Shown in pieces: positions 39,601-52,082 of a stretch of DNA of 64,000 bases; positions within the stretch are counted from its first letter, which is position 1; every line of letters starts with the position of its first letter. The notes under the pieces are model-generated. The model ran no database searches, was not told the origin of the DNA, and saw nothing but the letters and a program-made list of their open reading frames with translations. Both the position numbers and the translations under genes were made by a program. This DNA is from Mobula hypostoma (Eukaryota), in assembly GCF_963921235.1 (NCBI RefSeq), contig NC_086097.1, positions 108,502,001 through 108,566,000 of the forward strand, given 5' to 3'.

Positions 39601-40786
39601 GGAGACGCCAGAGAGTAGTGGTGGATAACTGTGTGTCAAATTGGAGGATGGTGTGTAGCAGTGTGCCTCAAGGATCTGTACTGGGTCCAATGTTGTTTGT
39701 CATATACATTAATGATCTGGATGGTAAATTGGATGAGTAAGTATGCAGATGATACTAAGATAGGTGGAGTTGTGGATAATGAAGTTGGTTTTCAAAGCTG
39801 GCAGAGAGATTTAGACCACTTAGAAGAGTGGACTGAAAGATGGCAGATGGAGTTTAATTCTGATAAATGTGAGGTGCTACATTTTGGTAGGATTAATCAA
39901 AATAGGACATACATGGTAAATGGTAGGGCATTGAAGAATGCAATAGAACAGAGGGATCGAGGAATAATGGTGCATAGTTCCCTAAAGGTGGATTCTCACG
40001 TGGATAGGGTGGTGAAGAAAGCTTTTGGTATGCTGGCCTTTATAAATCAGAGCATTGAGTATAGGAGTTGGGATGTTATGTTGAAATTGTACAAGGCATT
40101 GGTGAGGCCAAAATTGGAGTATTGTGTACAGTTTTGGTCACCGAATTATAGGAAAGATGTGAACAAAATAGGGAGAGTACAGAGAAGAATTACTGGAATG
40201 TTACCTGGGTTTCATCACCTAAGTTACAGAGAAAGGTTGAACAAGTTGGGTCTTTATTCTTTGGAGCATAGAAGGTTGAGGGGGGACTTGATAGAGGTAT
40301 TTAAAATTATGAGGGGGATAGATAGAGTTGACGTGGATAAGCTTTTTCCATTGAGAGTGGGGGAGATTCAAACAAGAGGACATGGGTTGAGAGTTAAAGG
40401 ACAAAAGTTTAGGGGTAACACGAGGGGGAACTTCTTTACTCAGAGTGGTAGCTGTGTGGAACGAGCTTCCAGCAGAAGTGGTTGAGGCAGGTTCAATGTT
40501 GTCATTTAAAGTTAAATTGGATAGGTACATGGACAGGAAAGGAATGGAGGGTTATGGGCTGAGTGCAGGTCGGTGGGACTAGGTGAGAGTAAGAGTTCGG
40601 CATGGACTAGAAGGGCCGAGATGGCCTGTTTCCGTGCTGTAATTGTTATATGGTTATATGAAGCTTAGAAAAATAGAGGGCTATGGGTAAAGCCTAGGTA
40701 GTCCTAAGGTAGGGACATGTTCGGCGCAACTTTGTGGGCTGAAGGGCCTGTATTGTGCTATATGTTTTCTATGTTTCTATGTTTCT
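33635..40786 (+). mobile_element. Near full-length CR1 LINE 'A' (ORF1 Zn-finger/leucine zipper + SGNH esterase; ORF2 APE + RT), interrupted at 37551-40660
   Basis: CAWCQMW...HICTRC; VVVHIATNDMG...[34 protein letters not shown]; 3' tail resumes at 40661 and ends in (ctatgttt)n; many frameshifts. Confidence 0.9.
37551..40660 (+). mobile_element. CR1 LINE 'B' (ORF2 APE + RT) nested in the 3' end of CR1 'A'
   Basis: Begins at the ORF1 end; ORFs 37921-39153 and 39631-40485; its own (tatggtta)n tail. Confidence 0.9.
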
Positions 40787-42099
40787 CATCATTTTATATA
40801 TTTATATCCGATCTTCTTTCAGCCTTACCTTTAATGAAAACATTACCTCAACAACTTATCTTTGAGGCTGTAGTTCCCCATCCGATGAACAGCATCATTT
40901 CTGAACTTTCACAAATGCCTTTGCATCTTTCCTGTTATGTGATGACCATAATTGAACAAAACAGTTCTGTTTAGATCAGACAACAGATTTATATGGTTTC
41001 TGCTTGCATTTTCCATTTCTAATCTCTGCATGTTTTTTGATAAAGCCCAGCCTTATTAATTGCATTCTCAACTTCCCTGTGCTCCTGCACCCCCTTTTGG
41101 AATGTTGTCCTTCATTCTTTATTGTGTCTCCTCAATTTTCTACAAAGATACAACACCACACATTTCCCTGCATTAAACTTTGTCTGCCACTCGTCTACCT
41201 CTTCTACCTGTGTGTTTACATCCTACTACAACTTCTCACTCTGCACTTTACAAGGCACAATACTGCCAAGTCTTTTGTCTGCCACTTTTGGAAGTCAGTG
41301 TGCAGAGTGAGATGGACTGAGCCATGAGAAGGATTCTCATTTAGAGAATCCCACTAGAGAAAGGTGTTGCATGTCTGCGGGTCCATTTATTCTTGTAGAC
41401 CAAAAAATGCAGAGGCAAGGGGACAAGAAATAAATGCTCGACTGCTGATAACGAAACTGATAAAGGAGAGCAAATTCTGTCTACCAAACATTGCGCTGCT
41501 TGCAGTTTTGCATCTCTAGTACATAATCTCTTTCAGTCAGCACTTGCATTCAACAAACTGGTGCAATTGTCCGAATACTGTGACCAAGTACATCACATCT
41601 TTCACACTTCCGGGTATGCAAATGCAGCAGGTACTTCATTCCAATATTTTAATGATGACTTGTTTTTACAGGAGAAGCACAGCGCTGCAGCCTGAGCAGT
41701 ACCATCAGCCCAGGTAGAAGTGTATTGATAGGCTAAATTGTCTGTGGACATCAGAGCATTGCCGAGCATTGAGGGTGACTATAGCATTGTGGTTATGTTA
41801 ATGAACTTGTCGTCCACATTTTCTCCTTTAGGAAAATAGATCTTCTACCTTTTATCAATCTGGGTTACATATTATTGCCAGCACACAAATACATGACCCG
41901 TTTGAAATAATGCTCAGACCATGTAGTCTTCACTGAACACTGCAGTGGATAGAAAAGGCAGTATCCCCATATCCTCAAGGCAGTTAGGCATGCACCATAA
42001 ATGCCAGCCCTGCTGACATTATCCATATTTTATAAATGAATTAGACAAAAAGTGCATATCAAATTCAGCTCCTCACCGTCCATTTCCCTCTCATTCCGT

Positions 42100-42560
42100 G
42101 GTCTCAGGTTTATGGGGATGATCCTAGGAATGAAAGGTTAATGTAAGAGGGGCATTTGATGACTCTAGGCCTGAAATCACTGGAATTTAAAAGAATGGTG
42201 AGTGGTTGGGGGAATCCCATTGAAACCTAACGAATATTGAGAGGCCTAGATAGAGTGGACATGGAAAGGATGTTTCCTATAGTGGACCTGAGGGCACAAC
42301 CTTAAACTACGAGGACAGAGATGAGGAGGAATTTCTTTAACCAGAGGGTGGCGGATCTGTGCAATTCATTGCATGGACGGCTGTGGAGGCCAAATCAATG
42401 GGTATATTTAAAGTGGAGGTTGATAGGTTCTTGAGTAGTGAGATTATGGGGAGAAGGCAGGAGAATGGGGTTCGGGGGATAATAAATCTGCCATGATTGA
42501 ATGGCAGAGTAGGCTTAATGAACTGAATGGCCTAAATCTGCTCCTATGTCTTATGGTCTC
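42100..42560 (+). mobile_element. CR1 3' fragment
   Basis: gaggaggaatttctttaaccagagggtgg...cctatgtcttatggtc tail. Confidence 0.8.
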
Positions 42561-43253
42561 TTTTGCCTCAGAAGATTCCAGTAACTTCTTATCCTCACCT
42601 TTTCCGTCACCATGAGAATGTCCTTATATCTTTCACATTTTCAAACCCCAGGAAATCTCCCGCAGAGAGGCTGGCTATGGAGCCTCTGCATTGTCACAGT
42701 GTCGCTCAACCAGCCAATTGCGTTCACCATCTTGGGTCCCGACATTTCACTTGGAGCAGTGGGATTGACCTGTTGCAAGTCACTGATAACGTGGACTAGT
42801 GTGACAGCAAAGCAAAGGGATAGTTTGTGTGCCAGCTCACCACACCTATTCTGCTTCAAAGTACCAACAAGGATTTCAGTTGTGTAGCCTACAGACAGAA
42901 GTTATAGATAATCACAGTGCTGTCAGGTGCATTGCCTAACTTGCTGGGATTCGTTTGTGATGTGCCTGGAAGCCTGGGTTTGAATAGCTCTTAGCTTCTG
43001 CAAAGAGTCTTCTTTCCAGTCTAGAAGTGGTAAGCACTTAAGTGTCAATGATTGTGGTGCCAAAGTGAGGTGTAGTATTTTATGGCTGAAGTGACAAACA
43101 GAAGTCGTATGATATCAGAGAACTGGTCTGGAAGTTTTGAATTCTGTTATCCACATTTAGTTCACTGCTATCTTCATTAGAACCTGAATCCGGTTTGTTA
43201 TCACTGACATGCAGCATAAAATTTGTGATTTTGCAATACCAGTTTAGTGGAAG

Positions 43254-44203
43254 CAACATTCCCTCTCACTTTTGTTTACAGCTGTATGAACCAAACATTG
43301 CTCTGAGAAGGAAATTTTCACACATCCTGAAAACTTTGCTGCAACTTTTTTTTGTAACATGCATACTATGAATATTTAGAGTAAAAATTGAGAAATCACA
43401 CACTTTTGATTTTATTTCTTAATTGATGGTGTAATGGAAGAGTATATCAAAAAATCTTTCACATTTCATAAACTTTTTCTTGACTGTCTTTATTACAAAT
43501 CCATTGTCTATAAACACTGTCCAGATTAATTTTGTATGCACATGAAACATTTTGATCCTCGTTAGATCATCAAAATGTTCCATTGTAGTCTGTTTCTGGA
43601 TGTACATTTGATTGCATTCCTAAGACTGAATCCACATTCGTAGTCAGAAATAAAAGCTTGAAATGTTCCAGCGATGTCAATGAGAATTGACAGTTCTTCA
43701 AATTCTTCATTTCTAAGCACATAGTTCAACATATCAGTGAACGTCTTAATTGAACCAGTCTTAACTTTCTCAGAAATGACAAATTTGAAATCACAGTAAT
43801 TCTGAAACACTTTTGAGGCAAAATGTTCATCATAGTTCATAATAGTAGTTGAATATTTTTTGTTCAACAGGCCAGCGGTTTATTAACAATGAGCTACTGA
43901 CTTCCATTCTGTGTTTATTGTTACAATTTGTAATAGTGTTGGAACATGAAACACTGACAATGTAAATATGTTGAATCTCTAAATTGTTTCAAAGTAAAGG
44001 TTGAACATTTATTATTTTTAAAAAATTATGGATTATATTCATTAACAAATTACAGGGTATTTTTACAATTATATTAACATAGATTTCAAAATATATATTA
44101 ATATATTTTAAAGATTCCATCTGTGCAGCAGCAAAGGCTATGTGCATGGGAGCATTTCAGTTACTGTGTGGCCAGACACCCATGCAGCTTAGTGGGAATA
44201 GTG
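43254..44203 (-). mobile_element. hAT transposon deletion derivative (dimerisation-domain remnant)
   Basis: Minus ORF EELSILIDIAGTFQAFISDYECGFSLRNAIKCTSRNRL; degenerate TIRs caacattccctct / agtgggaatagtg; gtggaag near both flanks. Confidence 0.7.
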
Positions 44204-44629
44204 GGGGTGGAAGACATAAAAATTACTTTAAGTTAGAGAAATCAATAAATAGTGAAAAGGAGGAATAATGAGATAGGGTTCCTGGGTTCATGGACTGTTC
44301 AAAAAACAATGCTGGAGGGGAAGAATGTTCGGATTATAGATGAGTGTGAATCTTCAGGCTCCTGTATCTCGTCCCGAGTGGTAATAATAAAAAGGGGCAT
44401 GTCCACACCCATGATGGAGTTGGCTGAGTCTACAACAGTCTCTGGCATCCTTCAGACCTGCACAATGGATCATCCATACCATATGGTGGTGCAACCATTT
44501 ATGCTCCACAATTTGTCATTCTGCCTGTGTATTCCTTGTTGCCCACTGCCCAGAGCACTGTGCTCATGGCAAATTGGTGAAGTCCAAAGCTGAGCCACCT
44601 GAGCTGGGAAATATTCTGGTCTTTTTTTT

Positions 44630-45150
44630 AATGGGTATTGGAAGGAGGGGCCAGGCCCGGAGTCACCCGTTAGTGCCCAGAACCTCCAAGTATTGCAAAC
44701 TAATCCCTCTAACATGAAGTCTAACAGGAGGCGGATCAAATGGCCTGCAGCTAACATGACTTCACTGTGGAAGCAGTTTGATGAAGACTTTAACCAAATT
44801 CTGGAGGCAACGGCGAAGGGAGGGGTTGACAAGAAGCTGCAAGCCATGATTCATAGCCCGTTCTTTAGTTACAGCCTTCAGCAATTTGGGCATTGAGGGA
44901 GAGAGGAAGAGGAGAGCCATCCGCAGTACCACCGATGCGGCAGAGAGGGCCTCAAGATGGCTGTGGCTCAAAAGAGGGGAGCTATGGAGTCATAAGTAAC
45001 TAGCCATCTGGACACAAGCTGAGGTCTGATCAGCCCCGGCTGGGTCATCTGGAGGAGGTTGTATGATGTTGAAAGACCCGAAACACCCGATGATTCCAGG
45101 AACATCACTGAAGATGTGTCCAGAAGCATCAATAGATGTATGTACACAGC
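44630..45150 (+). mobile_element. HERO-like (RLE-type) non-LTR element, internally deleted
   Basis: N-terminal RRRIKWPAANMTSLWKQFDED joined to C-terminal LGIEGERKRRAIRSTTDAAERASRWLWLKR; 3' UTR ttgaaagacccgaaacaccc...gatgtgtcc. Confidence 0.75.
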
Positions 45151-45903
45151 TAAGATTTCTTCTACTTGAAGTAAACAATGACCTATTAGATTGGATGTAT
45201 CAGCGTTCAAAATACATTTATTATGAAAGTATGTATACATTATACAACTTTGAGATTTGTCTCCTAACAGGCAGCCACGAAACAAGAAACCCGAAAAAAT
45301 CCATTTAAAAAAAGAAGACAGTCGATGTGCAGAGAGAGAGAAAAAAACAATTTGTGCAAACTATAAAAGCAAGCAAATAGCATTCAGAACTGATGTCCAC
45401 AGAAGGGGTCTGTCCACAGACACGAAACCACAGCCTCAGTTCAGCCCAGAGCCAAGTAAACGTTGGGGAACAGCGAGCTGTCCCTCTCCTCCAGCCCTGG
45501 CACCCTGACCTTTTAAATCCGGCCCAGTGCTTAAAACGTCGAAACATCGGGTTCTGTCGCTTTGATCCACTCTGGGGCCTGGACCCCGCCGTTATGAATC
45601 AGCGTGTACCCGACCTTTCCAATTTGGCCAGCACTTACATCGATCGAACCTTTGGCTGTTCCTCACTCACGGGGACAGGTCCAGACTCTGCCTCGCCTTG
45701 CTTCTGCCACATAGAATTACCTCCAAGTCCAAAGGGAAGTTACAGGCTATTTTTTTGTGATGATTGTTTACCAGAGGAAGTATTATTAACAAAGTATTTA
45801 GTTCATAAACAAGAGGAATTCTGCAGATGCTGGAAATTCAAGCAACACACATCAAAGTTGCTGGTGAACGCAGCAGGCCAGGCAGCATCTCTAGGAAGAG
45901 GTA

Positions 45904-45940
45904 CAGTCAACGTTTCAGGCTGAGACCCTTCGTCAGGACT
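45904..45940 (-). ncRNA. Minimal type I hammerhead ribozyme motif
   Basis: Minus strand: AGTC CTGACGA A GGGT CTCA GCCT GAAAC GTT^GACTG. Confidence 0.75.
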
Positions 45941-46621
45941 AACTGAAGGAAGAGTTAGTAATAGATTTGAAAGTGGGAGGGGGAGAGATCCTGCAGTGAA
46001 GTCGAGATGGTTGATCTTCCATCGGCAGTTAGAATATGAGATCCAGAGCAGCCAGAAGACCAGAGCGGGGTGTCCATGAAGAAGAGAGTGTTGAAGACGG
46101 GAGAAGCGGCCATCGGTGGGGGTGGAAGAGTCCTTGCGAAAGCAGGGTCTCCCAGTGGCCACACATTTTAATTCCACATCCCATTCCCATTCTGACATGT
46201 CTATCCACGGCCTCCTTTACTGTAAAGATGAAGCCACACTCAGGTTGGAGGAGCAACACCTTATACTCCGTCTGGGTAGCCTCCAAACTGATAGCATGAA
46301 CATTGACTTCTCTAACTTCCGCTAATGCCCCACCTCCCCCTTGTACCCCATCCATTATTTATTTTTATACACACATTCTTTCTCTCACTCTCCTTTTTCT
46401 CCCTCTGTCCCTCTGACTATACCACTTGCCCATCCTCTGGGTTTTCCACCCCCACCTTTTCCTTCTCCCTGAGCCCCCTGTCCCATGATTCTCTCATATC
46501 CCCTTGCCAATCACCTGTCCAGCTCTTGGCTCCATCCCTCCCCCTCCTGTCTTCTCCTATCATTTTGGATTTTCCCCTCCCCCTCCCACTTTCAAATCTC
46601 TTACTAACTCTTCCTTCAGTT

Positions 46622-46658
46622 AGTCCTGACGAAGGGTCTCGGCCTGAAACGTCGACTG
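46622..46658 (+). ncRNA. Minimal type I hammerhead ribozyme motif
   Basis: AGTC CTGACGA A GGGT CTCG GCCT GAAAC GTC^GACTG; predicted cut after 46653. Confidence 0.78.
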
Positions 46659-48724
46659 TACCTCTTCCTAGAGATGCTGCGTTCACCAGCAACTTTGATG
46701 TGTGTTGCAAAGTATTTAGTTGTTTCCTTTGTTTTGTTTGTTAGGTTGTTAGGCCTTTTTGGGGTTAGCTCATAGAGCAAATAACTTCAGCAACTAACTT
46801 TAAGCATCAATTTTGAAATCTGAATATAGATTAAATTCAGAATGCAGCTCTGCACAATGGGTTCCTAAGAGTGATGAATCACAGTTAATGGGAAGACCAG
46901 ACAATGCAGATTAGAATTCATTTGGGTGTCTGTCGCGTGGGTGCCAAGAGGGAGGTGTGAAGGTTGTGTGCCATTTAGAAGAAGCATTGTGGATGCATTG
47001 TAAAAATGGAACTGTCCTTTGATCTTTAGCAATAAAATGTCGTGTAGCGTTAGTTGAGCAGGCTTCTTCCTCTGAAAAGGGTCTCAATATGAAGCCTGCT
47101 GTGTCTGACTTTGTCAGATAAAAAAACTGCTTCGTATCTACCAGTACTTCTGTCTAGTGACTTTGTTCATTCAACAGCATTGTTTGCTACCAATAAGTAG
47201 CTGTTGGGCTTCACCAGTGCCATCTTAAACCGGAAGCCACTGAACCAGAACTGGAACTGATATGTACTAAATGCTGCAGAAGAAGGCAGAGAGCAACAGA
47301 ATGGACAAAGGTGATTGTGCCATTTTGGTCTTAATTGTTTGTGTGAATATAATTGGCATGTTTTGGGAAGAACGAGATACTGAGATGATTGTTTACAGAA
47401 CAATGGCAATATGCAAGCCATTGTCACTGTGCGTATTCAGGTTTCTCGCTATTATTTGTTTATTTGTTATCGCTTTTGGATGGTGAGCACCACTGTGAGG
47501 TTACCATAAATCACTTTATAGGTAATGCAGGTTAACGGGGTGAGGGCACTTAGACATTGGTGTGGTGGAGTGAATCAGCATGGAAGAATGTGGCAATATA
47601 TTGTCAACCAGAATGGTGTACAACTTGGAATAACATACAAATCTTGCTGTAGAATGACCTGGCTTCGAATGTTTGGAAATAATGTGAGATCATACAGAGA
47701 TTGGAACATTATGAAGAACACTTAGCCACTTATGCAAATATTTGGATAGCTATTTTCTACATTGCGTATTGTTAGTGTTATCTCACTTTTACTGTTCTGT
47801 GCCTTGTTTGATTCTGATGTATCGACAGTACAGTTACAATAACCTATTTGTTCCACTAAAAATAGATTACATTTCCAGGAATCTGGGTCTGAATTATTTT
47901 GTACTATCTGTCTTATTGTTTTGAAGGTGTGTGACTTTCTTGTAGACTCTTGATTTATGACTCAACCTTTGGTCAAATGGTTCTATTGCTCTGCAATCTT
48001 ATTTTGAATTTGAAACACAGTTTGCATATCTGTAGTAATTAGTTTTATATTTTTATGGTGTGATTACATCATAAATTTTGCACTTTAAGTGAGTAATATT
48101 GTATTTAAGTTTCCTCTGATTTACATTCTGCAGATCGATTTCCACACAGAATATTTTATAATTCCATAGAAACCAGCAGGGCTAAAACAAAATACTTCAG
48201 ATACAGAAATCTGAAATCAAAGCAGGGAACTCAAAATAAACAGCCTAAGTGGTATCTTTAGAGAGGGGACCAGCTTGAGAAAAGTGCTATCAATCCCAAA
48301 AAAAACTGCTTCTCTTGTCACTGATTCTGCCTGCCCTGTGAAATATTTACATTGTTTTCTTCAGTGGCTAGAATACTGGGTGGTTTCATTTTTCTCCTGT
48401 CCTCTCATTTCTGGATCTCATTTGCTGGTTGTTTGGTTTGCAGTAGTTTTGGTTCAAATATTATGATTTGGGAAGAGAAGAGGTATACAAATGACAAATG
48501 GAAACCCACCCAATTGCTCCCTCATTTCAGGTTATGTTGAATTAGGCCATTCAGAATATTGTATTCTGAATTTAAGACAAATGTCTTTGTATTTCGGTAG
48601 CATCATTCCTGTGCTAGCACTTCGAAAAAGCTATGTATCCATTCCAGATCACATCAATTTGCTGTTGTGTGTCGGAGTTGCACTTGGAATTCTCTTCAAC
48701 TGACACCTGACTCCTTTCTCAGAT

Positions 48725-49145
48725 TTCTTCTATCTGTTTTGGGGTAGTGGCAGTCTGGTCAGTGAAAATACATTCTCTAGTAGGCTTGTGGGGTGGTAGG
48801 TGAGGATAAGGGGAACTCTATCCCTGTTATGTCTTGAGGTGAGGGATAGTGTGAGGCCAGAAGTATAGGAAATAGGGAAGGTGCAGATGAGAGCACTGTC
48901 AACACCAGTGGGGCCGGGGGGGGGGTGTGGGAGGGGGAGCACCGTTTTCTTAAAAAGGAAGATGCTTTCAATGTCCTAGAATGGAAGGCCTCATCACAAG
49001 ATGCAATGGAGGTGGAGGAACTGAGAAAAGTGTATTAAATCCTTGCAAGTTAAAGGGTGGGAGGAAGTGTAGTTGACATGGCTAGGGAGTCACTGGGTTT
49101 GTAGTAGTTATTGGTTGATAATCTGACACCAGAGATGGGGGCAGA
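48725..49145 (-). mobile_element. Old PLE internal fragment
   Basis: Minus translation HNRDRVPLILTYHP. Confidence 0.65.
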
Positions 49146-49516
49146 GGGATCAAACTTATCTGGATGCTCTTGGGTAAAAGAGACTTGAGATGAGAGGGAG
49201 ATGAATTGTGTGAAGAATTGGATGTGGGCTTTAAGTTACCTCAGTGATCTCTGGCTCACTGCTTACCATTAGCTCTGTTGCTAAGCCTCTATTTTTTCTA
49301 GCCAACTGCATCTGTGGGCTTTTTGTGCCTCCTGAAATCAGGACCTCCCCATACATGTCTACTTCATCCACCAGGATTTCTAATTGTCCCATCTCTTTAA
49401 AATCCTAGCTGAAACTGTGTTCCTGCTCCCAGGCTCACGTTGCCATATGCTGTTGTCAGTGCTCCCGAAACTGCACAGCGATAAAGGGGTCAGTGATCAC
49501 TTAAGAGACTACTAGA

Positions 49517-49835
49517 GGCAGCACAGTAACATAGCAGTTAGAGTAATGCTTCACAGTGCTGTCTGTAGACCAGGGTTCAATTTTTGCCACTGTCTGTATG
49601 GAGTTTGTATGTTCTGCCCTTGACTGCATGGGTTTCCTCCGGGTGCTCCAGTTTCTCACTATATTCCAAAAGATCTGTGCAGGTTAGAGTTAGTCAGTTG
49701 TGGATATGCTCTGTTACTGCCGGAAGTGTGGCAACACTTCCAGGCTGCCCCTAGCACATCCGGGTTGGTCATTGCTGCAAACAACACATTTTATTGGATG
49801 TTTCAATATACATGTAACAAATAAAGCGAAGCTTT
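49517..49835 (+). mobile_element. V-SINE
   Basis: B box gggttcaattt and V core gggtttcctccgggtgctccagtttc; 3' part differs from the 4387 copy. Confidence 0.75.
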
Positions 49836-50344
49836 AATGTTCAGCTGGTGTATAGCATGTGCATAGCATTCCTGACATTACTCATTCTTAATGAATACTA
49901 ATGAGACATAATCTGGACAACATCCATCCATGAATACCGTGGGCTGACAGTGCTGGGAATTACTGCCATTTTTTCCCACGGAGCAACGTGTAAACAGCCC
50001 TTGAATTTTCAACGGCTTATTCTAGATTGAAACTCAAATATTTGATATTAAAGATATAAGTTTATTTTGTTGGTTTGGCACTACTATGCCACACTCAGTT
50101 GTCGCAACCCCTTTAAATGTGCTCCATTTTATTTATCTTGCCTCTCCTCCAACTTACAGAGGAATCACTTCACACTTCCTGTGCACTCAACTTCACTTGC
50201 CCATCTCACTGCCAAATTTCCAAGTTTGGTGTCACCTGCAAACTTTTACATTGTGCATTTAATGTACTGTATGTCAAAAAGAGCAGTGATTGTAACACTT
50301 GCCTTTGCCAGTGCTCTCCCCGTTAGGAAGGTTTTCATTGGGAG

Positions 50345-50480
50345 ACCTGATGAAGGATCTCAGCATGAAACGTCGACTGCACTCTTTTCTATAGATACAG
50401 CCTGGCCTGCTAGTTCCTCCAGCAATTTGTGTGTGTTGCTTGGATTTCCAGCATCTACAAATCTTCTCTTCTTTGTGTTT
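50345..50480 (+). mobile_element. Solo PLE hammerhead module
   Basis: ctgatgaaggatctcagcatgaaacgtcgactg...ttggatttccagcatct; stem II is damaged. Confidence 0.8.
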
Positions 50481-50984
50481 GAACTTCGAACTTTTGAATA
50501 AAATAAGTACCTTTGCGTCTGATAAGGGTTTCTACCTTTACAAGCTGCGAGTTCCAAACCCCTACCCTTGGTTTGAGAATAGACTTTTATACTTTCCCGC
50601 CAATCCTTCGACTAATAACTTCAAAATTACAATTTTCCATTTCTGCTAAAATCTTCATATCCGTCTTCTTCACCCTCACCCAAACATTGTTTTCTGCAGT
50701 GTGGTGATGAGATTTGTAAATGGCACAGAAGTTCTGGTCCAAACTATGTTTTGTATAGTTCTGGCATAAATTCCCTGATGAATTCTGCATCTTTGCTTAT
50801 TAAGGAAAGACTCCCTTGTGCTTTTTTAATCACTTAACTGACCTGTCCAGCTACCATTAAAGATCTATGGACATACACTCGAAGTTCTCTCCACTTACAC
50901 ACGCCATTCCATGTCCTGCCATGTTATTTATGTATTGCTTTGCCTTATTTCCAATATCCAAGGGCATTACCTCGCACTACGTGA

Positions 50985-52082
50985 GGTGGCATGGTACTGT
51001 TGTGGTTAGCACAACACTTTACAGTACCAGTGACCCGGGTTCAATTCCCGCCGCTGTCTGAAAGGAGCTTGCACGTTCTCCCCGTGACCGTGTGAGTTTC
51101 TGCCAGGAGCTCCAGTTCCTCCCACTGTCCAAAAATGTACCATTTGGTGGGTTAGTTAGAAACATAGAAAATAGGTGCAGGAGTAGGACATTCGGCCCTT
51201 CGAGCCTGCACCGCCATTCAGTATGATCATGGCTGATCGTCCAACTCAGAACCCTATACCTGCCTTCTCTCCATATTCCCTGATCCCTTTACCCCACTAG
51301 TCACTGCCTGCCATTCTGAAAAGGTCCCATTTATTCCCACTCTTTGCTTCCTGTCTGCCAATCAATTCTCTATCCACATCAATACCATACCCCCAATATT
51401 GTGTGCTTTAAGTTTGCACACTAATCTCCTGTGTGGGACCTTGTCAAAAGCCTTTTGAAAATCCAAATATACCACATCCACTGGTTCTCCCCTATCCACT
51501 CTACTGGTTACATCCTCAAAAAATTCTGAGATTCGTCAGACATGATTTTCCTTTCACAAATCCATGCTGACTTTGTCTGATGATTTCACCGCTTTCCAAA
51601 TGTGCTGTTATCACATCTTTGATAACTGACTGTAGCATTTTCTCCACCACCAATGTTAGGCTAACCGGTCTATAATTCCCCGGTTTCTCTCTCCCTCCTT
51701 TTTTAAAAAGTGGGGTTACATTAGCCACCCTCCAATCCTCAGGAACTAGTCCAGAATCTAAAGAGTTTTGAAAAATTATCACTAATGCATCCACTATTTC
51801 TTGGGCTACTTCCTTAAGCACTCTGGGATGCAGACCATCTGGCCCTGGGAATTTATCTGCCTTCAACCCCTTCAATTTACCTAACACCACTTCTCTACTA
51901 ACATGTATTTCCCTCAGTTCCTCCATCTCACTGGACCCTCTGTCCCCTACTATTTATTTAGTATATTTACAATATACTAGTTATTGTAAATTGGCCCATG
52001 ATTAGGCTAGGGTTAAGTCTGGGGACTGCTGGGCAGCCTGGCTCGAAGGCCCATTCTGCACTGCATCTCAATAAATAAATAT
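50985..52082 (+). mobile_element. V-SINE split by a CR1 insertion
   Basis: 5' half at 50985-51157 (gggttcaattccc) and 3' half at 51977-52082 with (aata)n tail. Confidence 0.8.
51158..51955 (-). mobile_element. Young CR1 (same subfamily as 26062-27750) with an internal deletion of about 0.9 kb
   Basis: MEELREIHVSREVVLGKLKGLKADK is shared with the 26093 ORF; deletion junction near 51290. Confidence 0.92.

Larger units (their letters stand above)
45804..46707 (+). mobile_element. 904-bp composite PLE insertion with inverted terminal hammerhead modules
   Basis: 14-bp TSD CAAAGTATTTAGTT (45790-45803 and 46708-46721); order: inverted module, inverted N-terminal ORF piece (SSSWTPRSGLLAALDL), sense GIY-YIG end, UTR, sense module. 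Confidence 0.9.

Noticed and set aside
45055..45125. Hammerhead in the HERO-like 3' UTR (gaaac...ctgaaga)
   Set aside because: I could not build the three required stems around the boxes; simple hairpins explain it.
47271..47310. Alternative first coding exon MLQKKAESNRMDK|gt
   Set aside because: Its donor is phase 1 but the next exon (55642) needs phase 2.
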